NCBI GenBank assembly: GCA_963806755.1 | Contig: CAWDZR010000016.1 | Span: 153,948 to 217,947, forward strand | Direction: 5' to 3' | Source: an uncultured Gemmatimonadales bacterium | GTDB taxonomy: Bacteria; Gemmatimonadota; Gemmatimonadetes; Gemmatimonadales; JACORV01 | DNA length: 64,000 nt | In this document: in pieces, positions 1-10,376 of the stretch | How the letters are laid out: every line of letters begins with the position of its first letter | How positions within the stretch are numbered: position 1 is the stretch's first letter | The notes under the pieces: model-generated | Database searches by the model: none | What the model saw: only the letters and a program-made list of their open reading frames with translations | Told to the model about the DNA's origin: nothing | Made by a program: the position numbers and the translations under genes

Positions 1-978
1 GTTGATCAGGTCGGCCATGAACTGGATGCGGCCGGCCTGGTCGAGCGGCCACATCATATCCGGATTGTTCCTGACGTGCGAGTTGCCGTACCCGGTCTCG
101 GCCACGAGGAACTGCTTGCCCGGAAAGCGCGCGGCGCAGCTGTCCATGTTGGCGAGCAGCTGCTCCAGCGTGCCGTGGCCCCACTCGGGGTAGAAGCTCT
201 CGGCGATGATGTCGTAGGGCACGTGCGCCGCCTCGAGGTGGTCGAAGAACCACTTCGTCTTGGGCCAGTCGCCGCCGCGGTCGATGTGGATCGCGATCCT
301 GGGCGGCGTGTTGCCCGCGCCCTCCAGGACGCCGCGGACGCCCGCCTTCAGCAGGTCCGTCAGGTGCGACCACTGCAGCGTCGAGTCGTAGGGCTGCGGC
401 GGCAGGTAGGCCGTGTCGCCCGGCTCCTCCACCTGCCCCACCGGCCACAGCGTGCCGCGCGTGATCTCGTTGCCGACCTGTACCCAGTCGGGCATGGCGC
501 CGGCGTCCTTCAGCGCCTGGATGACGTCGCGGCTGTAGGTCTCGACCTGCCGCTGGAGCGCGTCGAAGCTCAGGCCGCGCCAGGCGACGGGGATCTCCTG
601 GTGCTGCGGGTCGGCCCAGGTATCGGAGTAGTGGATGTCCAGCAGGAACAGCGCGCCGGACTGCTTGATCTTCCGCGCCAGCGGGATCGTGTTCTCCAGC
701 GAGTTGTCCGGCGCCTGCCGCACCGGGGACACGAACACCCGCAGCCGGTAGGCGTTCCAGCCGTGGTGCTCCAGGATCGTCATCTCGTCGCTGGTCTGGC
801 CGTTCTCCCGGTACTCCGGCCGCTGCATGCCGGGCCGCATCGGCGGCGAGTCGAGGAAGCTGATGTCGGCGCCGAGGTAGAAGGGCCTGGCCGCGGCCGG
901 CGCCTGCGCCCGCAGCGTCGCGGGCAGCGCTGCGAGCAGGACGCCGGCCGCGGCGAGAATGAAGCTCCGGTGAGACAT
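1..978 (-). CDS. Arabinogalactan endo-beta-1,4-galactanase, GH53 (C-terminus cut off by window edge)
   Basis: Not in the ORF track because there is no stop inside the window. My translation of the minus strand from the ATG at 978 gives MSHRSFILAAAGVLLAALPATLRAQ (signal peptide) ..FYLGADISF..GWNAYRLRVFV..DIHYSDTWADP..VQVGNEITRG..FLVAETGY. This has GH53-type GNE acid/base and ETG nucleophile motifs. The frame stays open to base 1. Confidence 0.8.
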   Translation of the reverse strand, partial: MSHRSFILAAAGVLLAALPATLRAQAPAAARPFYLGADISFLDSPPMRPGMQRPEYRENGQTSDEMTILEHHGWNAYRLRVFVSPVRQAPDNSLENTIPLARKIKQSGALFLLDIHYSDTWADPQHQEIPVAWRGLSFDALQRQVETYSRDVIQALKDAGAMPDWVQVGNEITRGTLWPVGQVEEPGDTAYLPPQPYDSTLQWSHLTDLLKAGVRGVLEGAGNTPPRIAIHIDRGGDWPKTKWFFDHLEAAHVPYDIIAESFYPEWGHGTLEQLLANMDSCAARFPGKQFLVAETGYGNSHVRNNPDMMWPLDQAGRIQFMADLIN

Positions 979-1082
979 GCCAGGTCCTCCCAGGGGATGG
1001 CCCGGCGCCGGGCGCGGTTTGCGGCGCGCCGCCGGGTGCGCGTACGTTGCTCGATGGTTGGCTCAATTTAGTGGAGACTCCG

Positions 1083-2300
1083 ATGCGTCGCATGCTCTTG
1101 TCGTTCGCCCTGCTGCTTGCCGCCGTCCCCGCGCTCGCCCAGCAGCCGTCGGCCGCAGCGCCCGGCGGCCTGACGATCCGGCTCGGCGTGCCCGCCTCGA
1201 CGCCCGCGGGTGCCGCGGTGTACGTGGCCGGCAGCTTCAACGCCTGGAACCCCGCCGATTCGAGCTGCCGGCTCGCGAGGGCCGCCGACGGCTCGTACAC
1301 CATCACGCTGCCGGAGACGGTGCGCGGCCCGGTCGAGTTCAAGTTCACGCTCGGCTCGTGGGACCGGGCCGAGACGGACAGCGCCGGCCGCGACGTCGGC
1401 AATCGCGCGTTCACCATCCCGGCCGCGGGCCCCGCCACGTGGGAGGGCGCCGTCGCGGCCTGGCGGAAGGGCCCGGCGGCGCCCCGCGCCCACACGGCCA
1501 GCGCGTCGGTCTCGATCCTCGACACCGCGTTCGCGATACCGCAGCTCGGCCGGACGCGGCGGGTGTGGCTGTATCTCCCGCCCGGCTACGCCGCTTCGCA
1601 CCGGCGCTATCCCGTGCTGTACCTCCACGACGGCCAGAACGTGTTCGACGCGGCAACCAGCTACGCCGGCGAGTGGGGCGTGGACGAGACGCTCGACAGC
1701 CTGCGCGCACTTGGCGACCCGGGTGTGATCGTGGTCGCGGTGGACAACGGCGGCGCCGAGCGGATGAACGAGTACATGCCGTGGAAGGCGGCGACGGCGG
1801 ACGTCGGCGGCGGCCAGGGCGGCGCCTACGTGGACTTCCTGGCCAGGACCCTCAAGCCCTGGGTGGACGCGCACTACCGCACCCTGCGCGATCCCGCCCA
1901 CACCGGCATCGGGGGCTCGAGCCTGGGGGGGCTGATCTCCTTCTACGCCGCCCTCGAGTACCCGCGGGTGTTCGGCCGCGCGATCGTGTTCTCGACGCCC
2001 TTCTTCATCAACCCGGAGCTGTACGCGATGGCCCGCGCGTTCCGGCCCCCGCGCTCCCGCGTGCGATTCTACTTCGACATGGGCGCGGGCGAGGGCCTGG
2101 GCAGCCTGGGCCTGCCCGACAGCGCGATGGTGCGCTCGCAGCGGGCCATGGTGGATACGCTGGCGGCGGCGGGGGTGGACACCGTGCGCGACGTCCGCGC
2201 CATCGTCCGCGCCGACGGGCAGCACCAGGAGTGGTTCTGGAGGAGAGAGTTCGCCGCGGCGTATCTGTACTTGTTCGAGAACAGGACGACGGGGAGGTGA
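1083..2300 (+). CDS. Secreted esterase-family alpha/beta hydrolase with an N-terminal carbohydrate-binding (CBM20/48-like) beta-sandwich domain
   Basis: Track ORF 1047..2300. The preferred start is ATG 1083, 6 nt after GGAG (1073-1076), giving signal peptide MRRMLLSFALLLAAVPALAQQ. Supporting motifs: YVAGSFNAWNP..FKF..GSWD (starch/glycogen-binding-like), and YLHDGQNVF plus GGSSLGG (GxSxG), typical of the 'putative esterase' family. Confidence 0.75.
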   Translation: MRRMLLSFALLLAAVPALAQQPSAAAPGGLTIRLGVPASTPAGAAVYVAGSFNAWNPADSSCRLARAADGSYTITLPETVRGPVEFKFTLGSWDRAETDSAGRDVGNRAFTIPAAGPATWEGAVAAWRKGPAAPRAHTASASVSILDTAFAIPQLGRTRRVWLYLPPGYAASHRRYPVLYLHDGQNVFDAATSYAGEWGVDETLDSLRALGDPGVIVVAVDNGGAERMNEYMPWKAATADVGGGQGGAYVDFLARTLKPWVDAHYRTLRDPAHTGIGGSSLGGLISFYAALEYPRVFGRAIVFSTPFFINPELYAMARAFRPPRSRVRFYFDMGAGEGLGSLGLPDSAMVRSQRAMVDTLAAAGVDTVRDVRAIVRADGQHQEWFWRREFAAAYLYLFENRTTGR

Positions 2301-2392
2301 TGAAGTGATGGCGTGATGATGTGATGAGGTGATGGCCGGGCGCGGGACCGTCATCACTTCATCACCGCATCACCTCCATCACGTCCTCACCT
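2293..2392. terminator. Long imperfect hairpin between convergent genes, built from GTGATG units (left arm) and CATCAC units (right arm)
   Basis: Left arm: ggaggtgatgaagtgatggcgtgatgatgtgatgaggtgatgg. Right arm: ccgtcatcacttcatcaccgcatcacctccatcacgtcctcacc. For example, gtgatgaagtgatg (2297-2310) is the exact complement of catcacttcatcac (2352-2365). The stop codons of both flanking genes (2298-2300 and 2387-2389) lie inside the arms. Confidence 0.5.
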
Positions 2393-2728
2393 TCCCGTGG
2401 GCCCCTCGTGCTCCACCTTGCCCACGAGGCTGCCGTCCTTCGCGTTGACGTTCACCTCGTAGATGCCGGGCCGGCTCGGGACCTTGAACTCGAACGACCA
2501 GATCAGGAGGCCGTTCTCGTTCTCCAGCTCGAGGGCCTGCACGGTCCCACTCGGGATCCGCGCCTGCGCCACCTTCAGGGCGGAATCCTCCGTGATCTTG
2601 GTCTGCCTGAGGAGGCGCGGCGGCACCTCGCGCTTGTAGGCTCGCGCCGGTTGCTGCTGGGCGGCGGCCAAGGTGGGGATGCCGCCGAGTGCACCGGCGA
2701 CGACGGCGACGGCGATGAGACGATTCAT
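2387..2728 (-). CDS. PepSY domain-containing secreted protein
   Basis: This is the C-terminal part of track ORF 2387..3022; the real start is ATG 2728 (MNRLIAVAVVAGALGGIPTLAAAQQ signal peptide). The segment ITEDSALKVAQARIPSGTVQALELENENGLLIWSFEFK..YEVNVNAKDGSLV matches the PepSY pattern. Confidence 0.75.
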   Translation of the reverse strand: MNRLIAVAVVAGALGGIPTLAAAQQQPARAYKREVPPRLLRQTKITEDSALKVAQARIPSGTVQALELENENGLLIWSFEFKVPSRPGIYEVNVNAKDGSLVGKVEHEGPTGR

Positions 2729-2805
2729 CGGTGACTCCTTCTGCAAAGGGATGGACAACACCCGGTGAGTGGTGAACGGGTGAGAACGAGGGAGACGTTC
2801 ACCTC

Positions 2806-5800
2806 CTAGCTCCCGCTTCTCACGTCCGGATTCCGCGCCTTCGCGCTCCCCTCGGGGAGCCAGTCCCGTCCGCGCACGGCGACCACCAGGGTCGGGACGA
2901 GAAACAGGGTGATGGGCGTCGAGAGCGCCAGGCCGCCGATGACCGCCAGCGCCAGCGGCTGCTGCATCTCGCTCCCGGCGCCGAGGGCCAGGGCGAGCGG
3001 GAAGAGCCCGAACAAGGTGCACAGCGTCGTCATCAGGATCGGGCGCAGCCTGATCCGCCCCGCGTCGATGATGGCTTGTTCCAGCGGCATTCCGTCGTAC
3101 AGCCCGCGGCGCCTGGTGAAATCGAGCAGGATGATGCCGTTCTTGACGATGAGCCCCACCAGCAGGATCAAGCCCATGAACGAGGAGACGTTGAGTGGCG
3201 TGCCCGTCACCCAGAGCATGCCGATGGCGCCGATGGACGACACGGGCGCGGCGAGCGCGATGGAGAGCGGCTCGACGAACGACTCGAACTGCAGCACCAT
3301 CACCGCGATCACGCTCACCGTGGCGAGACCGAGCACCATCAGCAGGGCCCGGAACGCGTCCTGCTGGCTCGCGTACTGGCCGCCGAATTCGAGGCGGATC
3401 CCGGTCGGCGGCGGATTGGCCGCCAGCACGCGCTTGACGTCGCCGATCACCTGGCCCAGCGACCGGCCGCTGACGTCGGCCGTCATGGCGATCATCTGCT
3501 GCTGGTTCTCGCGATCCAGCTCGGCCCGCGACTCCACCGGCCGGATGCTCGCGAGCGCCGAGAGCGGGGCCACCCGGCCCCCCACGCCGGCGGAGATGGG
3601 GAGCGATCCGAGCTTCATGGGGTCGAAGCGCACGGAGTCGGGTGCGCGCACCCGCACGTCGATGGCGCGGTCGTCGGTGTGGACCTGACCGGCGTCAACG
3701 CCCAGCAGCGCGCCGCTCACGCCGGCCCCCACCTGCTCCGGCGTCATCCCGATGCGGCTCGCCTCCGCCTGGTCCACCTTGAGCAGCATCTCGGCCGCCG
3801 GCAGGCTGACGCCGTCGTAGAGGTCCACCAGCCCGTCCACCTTCTCGAGCGGCGGCGCAACGCGGCGCGCGTACGCCTCGAGGGAATCGAGCTGGCTGCC
3901 GAACAACTTGATTTCGACCGGCTTGGCCCCCGAGCCGGAGAGGTCGTTGATCACGTCGGACAGAATCTGTACGAACTCGATGTGCAGGGTCGGGATCGCC
4001 GCGTTGACCTTGTCACGCACGTCGTCCATCACCTGGAAGATGGTGCGCCTGCGCTGGCTCCGCGGCTTGAGGCGGGCCACCAGGTCGCCCGTATTCTGCA
4101 GGGTCGCGTACAACCCCAGCTCGGCGCCCGTGCGCCGGGAGGTGGCGGTGATCTCGGGCTCCTGGGCGAGGATGTGCTCGACGATCTTCATCTCGCGGTC
4201 CGTCTCGGCGAGCGCCGTCCCGCCCGGCGTCCAGTAGTCGAGCACGAACGCACCCTCGTCCATGTCGGGGAGGAACCCGCTCCCCAGGAACCGCTGCACG
4301 ACCACGCCACCCACGATCAGCGCCAGGGCGCCCGCCAGCACCCGGCGCGGATGGCGCAGGACCGACCCCAGCGCCTTCGCATAGAGGTCCCCGAGACCGT
4401 CGAGGGCATGACCCACCAGCTCCGGGATCGCGGCCAGGCCGCCGCGCCGCCGCGCGCCCGAACCCGCCTCCGTCTCGATGTCCTCCTCCCGCAGGTACTG
4501 GTCCGACAGGAGGGGGATGACCGTGAAGGCCAGCACCAGCGAGATCAGCACCGCGATGGTGAGCGTCAGCCCGAGCGCAGCGAAGAACTGTCCCGCGACC
4601 CCCTGCAGCAACCCGAGGGGCAGGAACACCACCACCGTCGTGATCGTGGACGTCGCGACCGGCCAGATCAACTCCTGCACCGCCTCCCGCACGGCCACGT
4701 GGCGGTCCGGGACCAGCAGGAGGTGGCGCGCGATGTTCTCGGTGATGACGACCGCGTCGTCGATGACCAGGCCGATGGCCAGGGCCATCGCGCCGAGCGT
4801 CATCAGGTTGAATGTCTGACCCACGAGGTGCATCACGAAGATGGTGATGATCATCGTGAGGGGGATCGAGGAGGCGCTGATGGCGGTGATGCGGCCACGG
4901 CGCAGGAAGGCCAGCAGGATCACGACGGCGAGGAACGCGCCGATCAGCATCGCGTCCCGGACGGCCTTGACCGCGTCCCGCACCAGGGTGGCCTGGTCGT
5001 AGACGGGCACGAAGTGCACGCCGGGCGGCAGGGTCGGCGCGAGCTCCGCCATCGTCCTGGCGACGCTGTCCGCCAGCTCGAGGGTGTTCCCGCCGATCTG
5101 CCGCGTCACGAAGATGGCGGCGACGGGCTTGCCGTCGCCGGAGATGATGCGGACGTGGTCCTCGGTGCCGAGGTTCACGGTCGCCACGTCCCTCACCCGC
5201 AGTCCGTTGCCGATGACCACGTTCCCGACGTCCTCGGGGGTGCGGGCGTCCTGGTCGGTGACGATCAGGTACTGCTTGTAGTCCTTGGCGATCCGCCCCA
5301 CGGCCTCGGGAGTGATGGCCTGGCGGATGTCGTTGGCCAGATCGTCGTAGGTCAGCCCCAGGGTGGCGAGGCGCGTGGGGTCCGCCACGACCTCGATCTC
5401 CCGCACGTCCGTGCCCTGCACCTCCACCCGCCCCACCCCCGGCATGCCGGACAGGGCGGGCATGATCTGATAGCGCGCGATGTCGTAGAGGGTGGCGGGG
5501 TCGCCTCCCTCCAGGTTGTACGAGAGAATCGGGAAGAGCGACGGGGTCATGCGCTCGACGCGGACGTCGAGACCGGGCGGAAGCTGGGAGGCGATCTGGT
5601 TCACGTACGCCCGCACCAGGTCGAGCGCGTTGATCATGTCCGTGTTGGGCGCGAACCAGATCGAGATCTCGCTCGCGCCGCGGATGGACCGGGAGTGGAC
5701 GCGCCGCACGCCCGGCACCACGCTCACCGCCTGCTCGAGCGGCCGGGTGATGCTGAAGACGACTTGCCGGGTGCCGAGCGAGGAGCCCTGCGCGACGACG

Positions 5801-5937
5801 GCGATGCGGGGGAAGAGCAGCTCCGGGTAGATGGCGGACGGCAGCAGGAAGGCCGACCCGATGCCGGCCGCGCTCGCCAGCGCCACGGCGAGATAGACGA
5901 ACCGCCGCTGGCGGACCAGGATGTCGAACAGCTTCAC
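2806..5937 (-). CDS. RND efflux transporter permease (CzcA/CusA-like, 1043 aa)
   Basis: Track ORF of 1043 aa: MKLFDILVRQRRFVYL.. with 12 TM-type hydrophobic blocks and two large loops, the typical AcrB/CzcA architecture. Its ATG overlaps the MFP stop codon (ATGA at 5934-5937). Confidence 0.9.
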   Translation of the reverse strand: MKLFDILVRQRRFVYLAVALASAAGIGSAFLLPSAIYPELLFPRIAVVAQGSSLGTRQVVFSITRPLEQAVSVVPGVRRVHSRSIRGASEISIWFAPNTDMINALDLVRAYVNQIASQLPPGLDVRVERMTPSLFPILSYNLEGGDPATLYDIARYQIMPALSGMPGVGRVEVQGTDVREIEVVADPTRLATLGLTYDDLANDIRQAITPEAVGRIAKDYKQYLIVTDQDARTPEDVGNVVIGNGLRVRDVATVNLGTEDHVRIISGDGKPVAAIFVTRQIGGNTLELADSVARTMAELAPTLPPGVHFVPVYDQATLVRDAVKAVRDAMLIGAFLAVVILLAFLRRGRITAISASSIPLTMIITIFVMHLVGQTFNLMTLGAMALAIGLVIDDAVVITENIARHLLLVPDRHVAVREAVQELIWPVATSTITTVVVFLPLGLLQGVAGQFFAALGLTLTIAVLISLVLAFTVIPLLSDQYLREEDIETEAGSGARRRGGLAAIPELVGHALDGLGDLYAKALGSVLRHPRRVLAGALALIVGGVVVQRFLGSGFLPDMDEGAFVLDYWTPGGTALAETDREMKIVEHILAQEPEITATSRRTGAELGLYATLQNTGDLVARLKPRSQRRRTIFQVMDDVRDKVNAAIPTLHIEFVQILSDVINDLSGSGAKPVEIKLFGSQLDSLEAYARRVAPPLEKVDGLVDLYDGVSLPAAEMLLKVDQAEASRIGMTPEQVGAGVSGALLGVDAGQVHTDDRAIDVRVRAPDSVRFDPMKLGSLPISAGVGGRVAPLSALASIRPVESRAELDRENQQQMIAMTADVSGRSLGQVIGDVKRVLAANPPPTGIRLEFGGQYASQQDAFRALLMVLGLATVSVIAVMVLQFESFVEPLSIALAAPVSSIGAIGMLWVTGTPLNVSSFMGLILLVGLIVKNGIILLDFTRRRGLYDGMPLEQAIIDAGRIRLRPILMTTLCTLFGLFPLALALGAGSEMQQPLALAVIGGLALSTPITLFLVPTLVVAVRGRDWLPEGSAKARNPDVRSGS

Positions 5938-7034
5938 GGCTTGGCCGGGACGATCTTGGCGCTGTCGGAGACGCCGTAGGCGCCGTAGGTCACCACCCGT
6001 TCGCCGCCCACGAGGCCGCTGGTGATCTCCGCCAGTGAGTCGGTGCGCGCGCCCGCGGTGACGGGACGGCTGAAGGCGAGGCCGGCACTGTCCACGACGA
6101 AGACCTTGAAGGTCTCGCCCTCGGGGACCAGCGCCTCAAGCGGCACACTGACCGCGCGGGGATGCGTGCCCACGGCGACGCGGCCGTACACCTCCTCGCC
6201 GATCTTGAGCGGGCGGCTGGCGCGGGTCACGCGGGCCCGGACCGCCACCGCCCGCGTGGCCGAATCCACCGTCGCGCCCACGGCATCCACCGTCCCGACC
6301 GCCAGCGGCGGGCCGTGCGATTCGGCGGCAGGCCAGACCGAAACGCCCATCCCGGGCCGGACGGGTGCGGCATCGGCCGGGGAGAGGTTGAAGACGACGT
6401 CGAGGGCGGAAGGGTCGGCCACGGCGACCAGAGGCCCGGAGGTGGGATCCACCGCCTCGCCGAGCACCGCGGTCATCCGCGTCACGACGCCGTTCACCGG
6501 GGAATGGAGCGTCGCCAGCTCCTCGTTGCGCCGGGCGGTCACGAGCGCGGCCTGGGCCTGGGCCAGGTCGGCGGCGGACTGATCCACGTCCTTCCTAGGT
6601 AGGATGCCGGCCTCGGCGAGCCGGACGGCCCGGTCGTTGGCTCTCTGAGCGACCGTCACGGCGGCCTGGGCGCTCAGCGCGGCCGCGTCGAAGGGGGCGC
6701 GATCGAACTCGACGAGCGGAGCGCCCTCCGCGACCGCCTGTCCGGCGGCGACGAAGATCCGCATCACGCGGGTGGGGGCCGGCGCCCCCAGCGCCGCGTA
6801 GTGGTCCGGGCGAGGGGCGACGATCCCGAGCGCGCCGAGCGACACGGCGAACGGGCCTACCGCGGCCACGGCCGTGCGCGCTCCCACCACGGTCTGGACG
6901 TTGGCGCGCACCTCCTGCTCGGTGTCGCCCCCGCCGGCACCGCTGCAACCGCTGAGGATGGCGAGCAGGGCCAGGATGCCCACGGCTGCGCTCAGCTGTG
7001 GGGCGGGGGGCGCGTCAGGGCGCGAGCGTTTCAC
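5934..7034 (-). CDS. RND efflux periplasmic adaptor (membrane fusion protein), lipoprotein
   Basis: This is the C-terminal 366 aa of track ORF 5934..7964. The GTG at 7034 overlaps the TolC-like stop codon (GTGA). It has a lipobox (LAILSGC) and HlyD/MFP-like hairpin and beta-barrel segments (..LVEFDRAPFDAA..LHSPVNGVVT..). Confidence 0.8.
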   Translation of the reverse strand: MKRSRPDAPPAPQLSAAVGILALLAILSGCSGAGGGDTEQEVRANVQTVVGARTAVAAVGPFAVSLGALGIVAPRPDHYAALGAPAPTRVMRIFVAAGQAVAEGAPLVEFDRAPFDAAALSAQAAVTVAQRANDRAVRLAEAGILPRKDVDQSAADLAQAQAALVTARRNEELATLHSPVNGVVTRMTAVLGEAVDPTSGPLVAVADPSALDVVFNLSPADAAPVRPGMGVSVWPAAESHGPPLAVGTVDAVGATVDSATRAVAVRARVTRASRPLKIGEEVYGRVAVGTHPRAVSVPLEALVPEGETFKVFVVDSAGLAFSRPVTAGARTDSLAEITSGLVGGERVVTYGAYGVSDSAKIVPAKP

Positions 7035-8251
7035 GGCGACATCCCGGTGGCGGAAAAGAGTTGAACGGCTGCGGCCGCCGTGTTCGCGGCGGCGGTATCG
7101 TCGATCAGCAGTGCCAGGGCGCCGCGCGCCTGGCGTTGGGCCTCGAGCACGCTGGGCAGGCCGACCGCGCCTTCGGCGTACGCCTGGAGCGACATGGCGG
7201 CGACGCGCTCCGCGCTCGACACCAGCCCGCGGTCGCGGCCGGCCTTCTCCACGGCGACGGCCAGGTCGCGCCGCGCGCGCGCCCGCGACGCATCCGACTC
7301 GCGGCGCGCCAGCTCCACCACGGCTCGCGCCCGGTCGCGCTCCGCCGCGGCCGCGGCGATCTGGCCGCCGTTGAGATTGAACAGCGGCAGCGGGATGGCG
7401 ATGCCGATCGCCGGCAGCAGGCCGCGCTGCGTCGGGTCGTGGGTGTCGAAGCCGAGCGTCAGACTCGGCGAGAGAAGCACGCTGCGCCGCGCCAGGGCGA
7501 GGGCGGCGTCGGCCGAGCCCAGCGCCGCTTCCGCGGCGGCCACCTGGAGGGTCGGCGCCGCAGCCAGGGCCGTATCCGCCGCCGGCAACGCGAGCGTGTC
7601 CGCGAGCGCAATGGAGACGGTGTCCGCGGCGAGACCCATCGCGCGCTGCACGTCCAGCACGGCGGTGACGGCCGATACGGAGTCCTGGGCCGCGGCGTTC
7701 GCGACCTGCCCCGCGTTCACGGCCGCCAGCTGCACGTCGAGGTCGCTGGCATCGCCTGCGTCCCGCCGGGCCCGCGCCATCTTGAGCAGACTGTCGGCGT
7801 CCACGGCGTCGCGGCGCGAGAGCCGGGCGTGCGCCGCGGCGCCGAGCGCCGCCGCGTAGGCCAGGTCCGCGTCGAAGCGAGCGGAGGCGCGCTGGAACCG
7901 GAAGCTCAGCACCGCCGAGCGGCTGGCCTCGGCGGCGGCCCGAATGCGCGCGCTGCGGATCCACGGGAAATCGATGAGCACGCCGACGGTGGCGTGGTAC
8001 TGCGGCGCGTCCTTGCTGTAGCCTGCGCTGAAGACGGGGTTCTCGTACTCCCGCGCGGTGATCAAGCCGGCGCGGGCGCTGGCGGTGTCGGCGGCGGCCA
8101 GCGCCACCAGGGGCCCGCGGGCGATCGCCGCCGCCTCGGCCTGGACGCGCGTGACGGTTTGCTGTGCGCGCGCCGACGGGGCCGCGAGCGCGTGGAGCGT
8201 GAGGAGGGCGGCGAGCCAGAACGCGGCGCGGAACGGCGCGGGACTAGGCAT
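7031..8251 (-). CDS. TolC-family outer membrane efflux protein
   Basis: Track ORF 7031..8305; the likely start is ATG 8251 (MPSPAPFRAAFWLAALLTLHALAAPSARAQQ signal peptide). The sequence is Ala-rich with a duplicated coiled-coil/beta pattern typical of OEP/TolC, and it is the first gene of the RND tricistron. Confidence 0.8.
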   Translation of the reverse strand: MPSPAPFRAAFWLAALLTLHALAAPSARAQQTVTRVQAEAAAIARGPLVALAAADTASARAGLITAREYENPVFSAGYSKDAPQYHATVGVLIDFPWIRSARIRAAAEASRSAVLSFRFQRASARFDADLAYAAALGAAAHARLSRRDAVDADSLLKMARARRDAGDASDLDVQLAAVNAGQVANAAAQDSVSAVTAVLDVQRAMGLAADTVSIALADTLALPAADTALAAAPTLQVAAAEAALGSADAALALARRSVLLSPSLTLGFDTHDPTQRGLLPAIGIAIPLPLFNLNGGQIAAAAAERDRARAVVELARRESDASRARARRDLAVAVEKAGRDRGLVSSAERVAAMSLQAYAEGAVGLPSVLEAQRQARGALALLIDDTAAANTAAAAVQLFSATGMSP

Positions 8252-8390
8252 GGCCTTGGAAGTTAGCGGCCCAACCTGTCGCGACGATGACACGCCGTCG
8301 CCCACGTTAGTCCTCGAGCACCGGCATCGATTCCAGCACCTCGCGTGCGTTGGGCCTTCCGGGCACCGGCTCGTTACCGGGTAGTACCAG

Positions 8391-9670
8391 TCAGGAGGAT
8401 GACAGCGGCGCCGGGAACCGGATCGCCACCCGCGTGCCCCGGCCCGGCTCGCTGGTCACGTCGATCCGCGCCCCGTGCGTGTCGGCGATCCAGCGCGCGA
8501 TCGCGAGGCCGAGGCCCGCCCCGACCGCGCCGGCGCCGCGCGAGCGCGAGGGATCGCCGCGATAGAACCGCTCGAAGATGTGCGGGAGCTGCTCGGCCGG
8601 GATCCCGACGCCGGTGTCGGCGACCACCACCTCGCTCTGGCCCCCGGGCGCGGACACGTCCACGCGCACCCGGCCGCCGGTCGGCGTGAACTTCACCGCG
8701 TTGTCGAGCACGATCATCAGCAGCTGACGCAGCAACGCCGGGTCGCCCACCGCCACCGCCTCCTCGAACTCACCCACCTCCAGCTGGACCCCCCGTCGCT
8801 CGGCCAGCGCCCGGGCCGCGGACGCCGCGTCCACCGCGAGATCGTCGAGGAAGACCCGCCGCCGCTCCACCGGCCGCTGCCCGGCGTCGGCACGCGCCAG
8901 CGTCAGCAGGTCCTCCACCGTCGCGCCGAGGCGCACCGCCTCCCCCTCGACGCGCCGCAGCGCCTCGGCGTAGCCCGCGGCGTCCCGCGCCCGCTGCAGC
9001 GCCACCTCCGCCTGGCTGCGCACCACGGCGATGGGCGTGCGCAGCTCGTGCGCCGCGTCCGCCATGAAGCGCCGCATGGTCTCCAGCGACTGCTCCACCG
9101 GCGCGGTGGACTTCCGCACCAGCAGCGACCCTCCCGCCGCGATGAGGAACAGCCCCGCCAGCGCCGCGGCGCCGAACGCGTAGATCAGCGCGGCATACTG
9201 GTCCTCCAGCTCGACCACGTCGGCTACGGCCACGGCGACGTACGTCTTCGGGCCCGGCACCGTGAACCGCTCCGCGTGCAGTCGCAGGCGGCGCTCGTGG
9301 GGCACGTTCCGCTCCAGGTCCGCCCTCCCGTCGGCGCCGGCCCGCCGCGCCGCGTCCCGGATCCACGGGTCGGCGACGGGAGGCTTCACCGGAGTACCGT
9401 CCGCCGTCGTCAGGTACAGCGAGCGGTCGGGGATGTGCAGCTCGTCCACGGCGTCCACGACCGCGCCGCGCGCCTCGCGCGACTCGACTTCCCGGATCCG
9501 GGCGGCCCGCATCAGCTCGCCCGTGGCCAGGGCGAGAGAGGTATCCAGGCTGTGCGAGATCTGAGCGCGGACGACGAGGAACAGGCCGCCGCCCAGGAGC
9601 AGCAGGATCAGCCCGAACGTGCCGACATACCAGGCCGTGAGCTGCAGACGCAGGCGGGCGAGCGGGGGAA

Positions 9671-9674
<4 letters not shown>
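8391..9674 (-). CDS. Two-component sensor histidine kinase (CusS/BaeS-like)
   Basis: This is the C-terminal 427 aa of track ORF 8391..10217. ATG 9674 overlaps the response regulator stop codon (ATGA). It has two TM segments, an H-box (FMADAAHELRTPIA), an N-box (LDNAVKFTP) and G-boxes (DTGVGIP, GAGLGLAIA). Confidence 0.85.
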
Positions 9675-10348
<674 letters not shown>

Positions 10349-10376
10349 GGGCTCCTCCGGCGCGGAACTCCGAGGC

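Noticed and set aside
3076-5979. 967-aa plus-strand ORF opposite the RND transporter
   Set aside because: The composition is Arg/His/Gly/Asp-rich low-complexity (..HRGETEHHQQGPERVLLARV..). It is fully antisense to a gene with clear RND homology. This is a typical shadow ORF in high-G+C DNA.
5934-7964. Track ORFs with long N-terminal extensions (5934..7964, 8391..10217, 14669..16687, 15550..18114, 19161..21125, 41413..43101, 43622..47260, 46402..48108, 47610..49718, 48617..50824)
   Set aside because: The upstream portions read through the out-of-frame sequence of the preceding real gene and are Arg/Pro/Gly junk. In each case a start codon with a signal peptide, lipobox or conserved N-terminus lies exactly at the upstream gene's stop codon.
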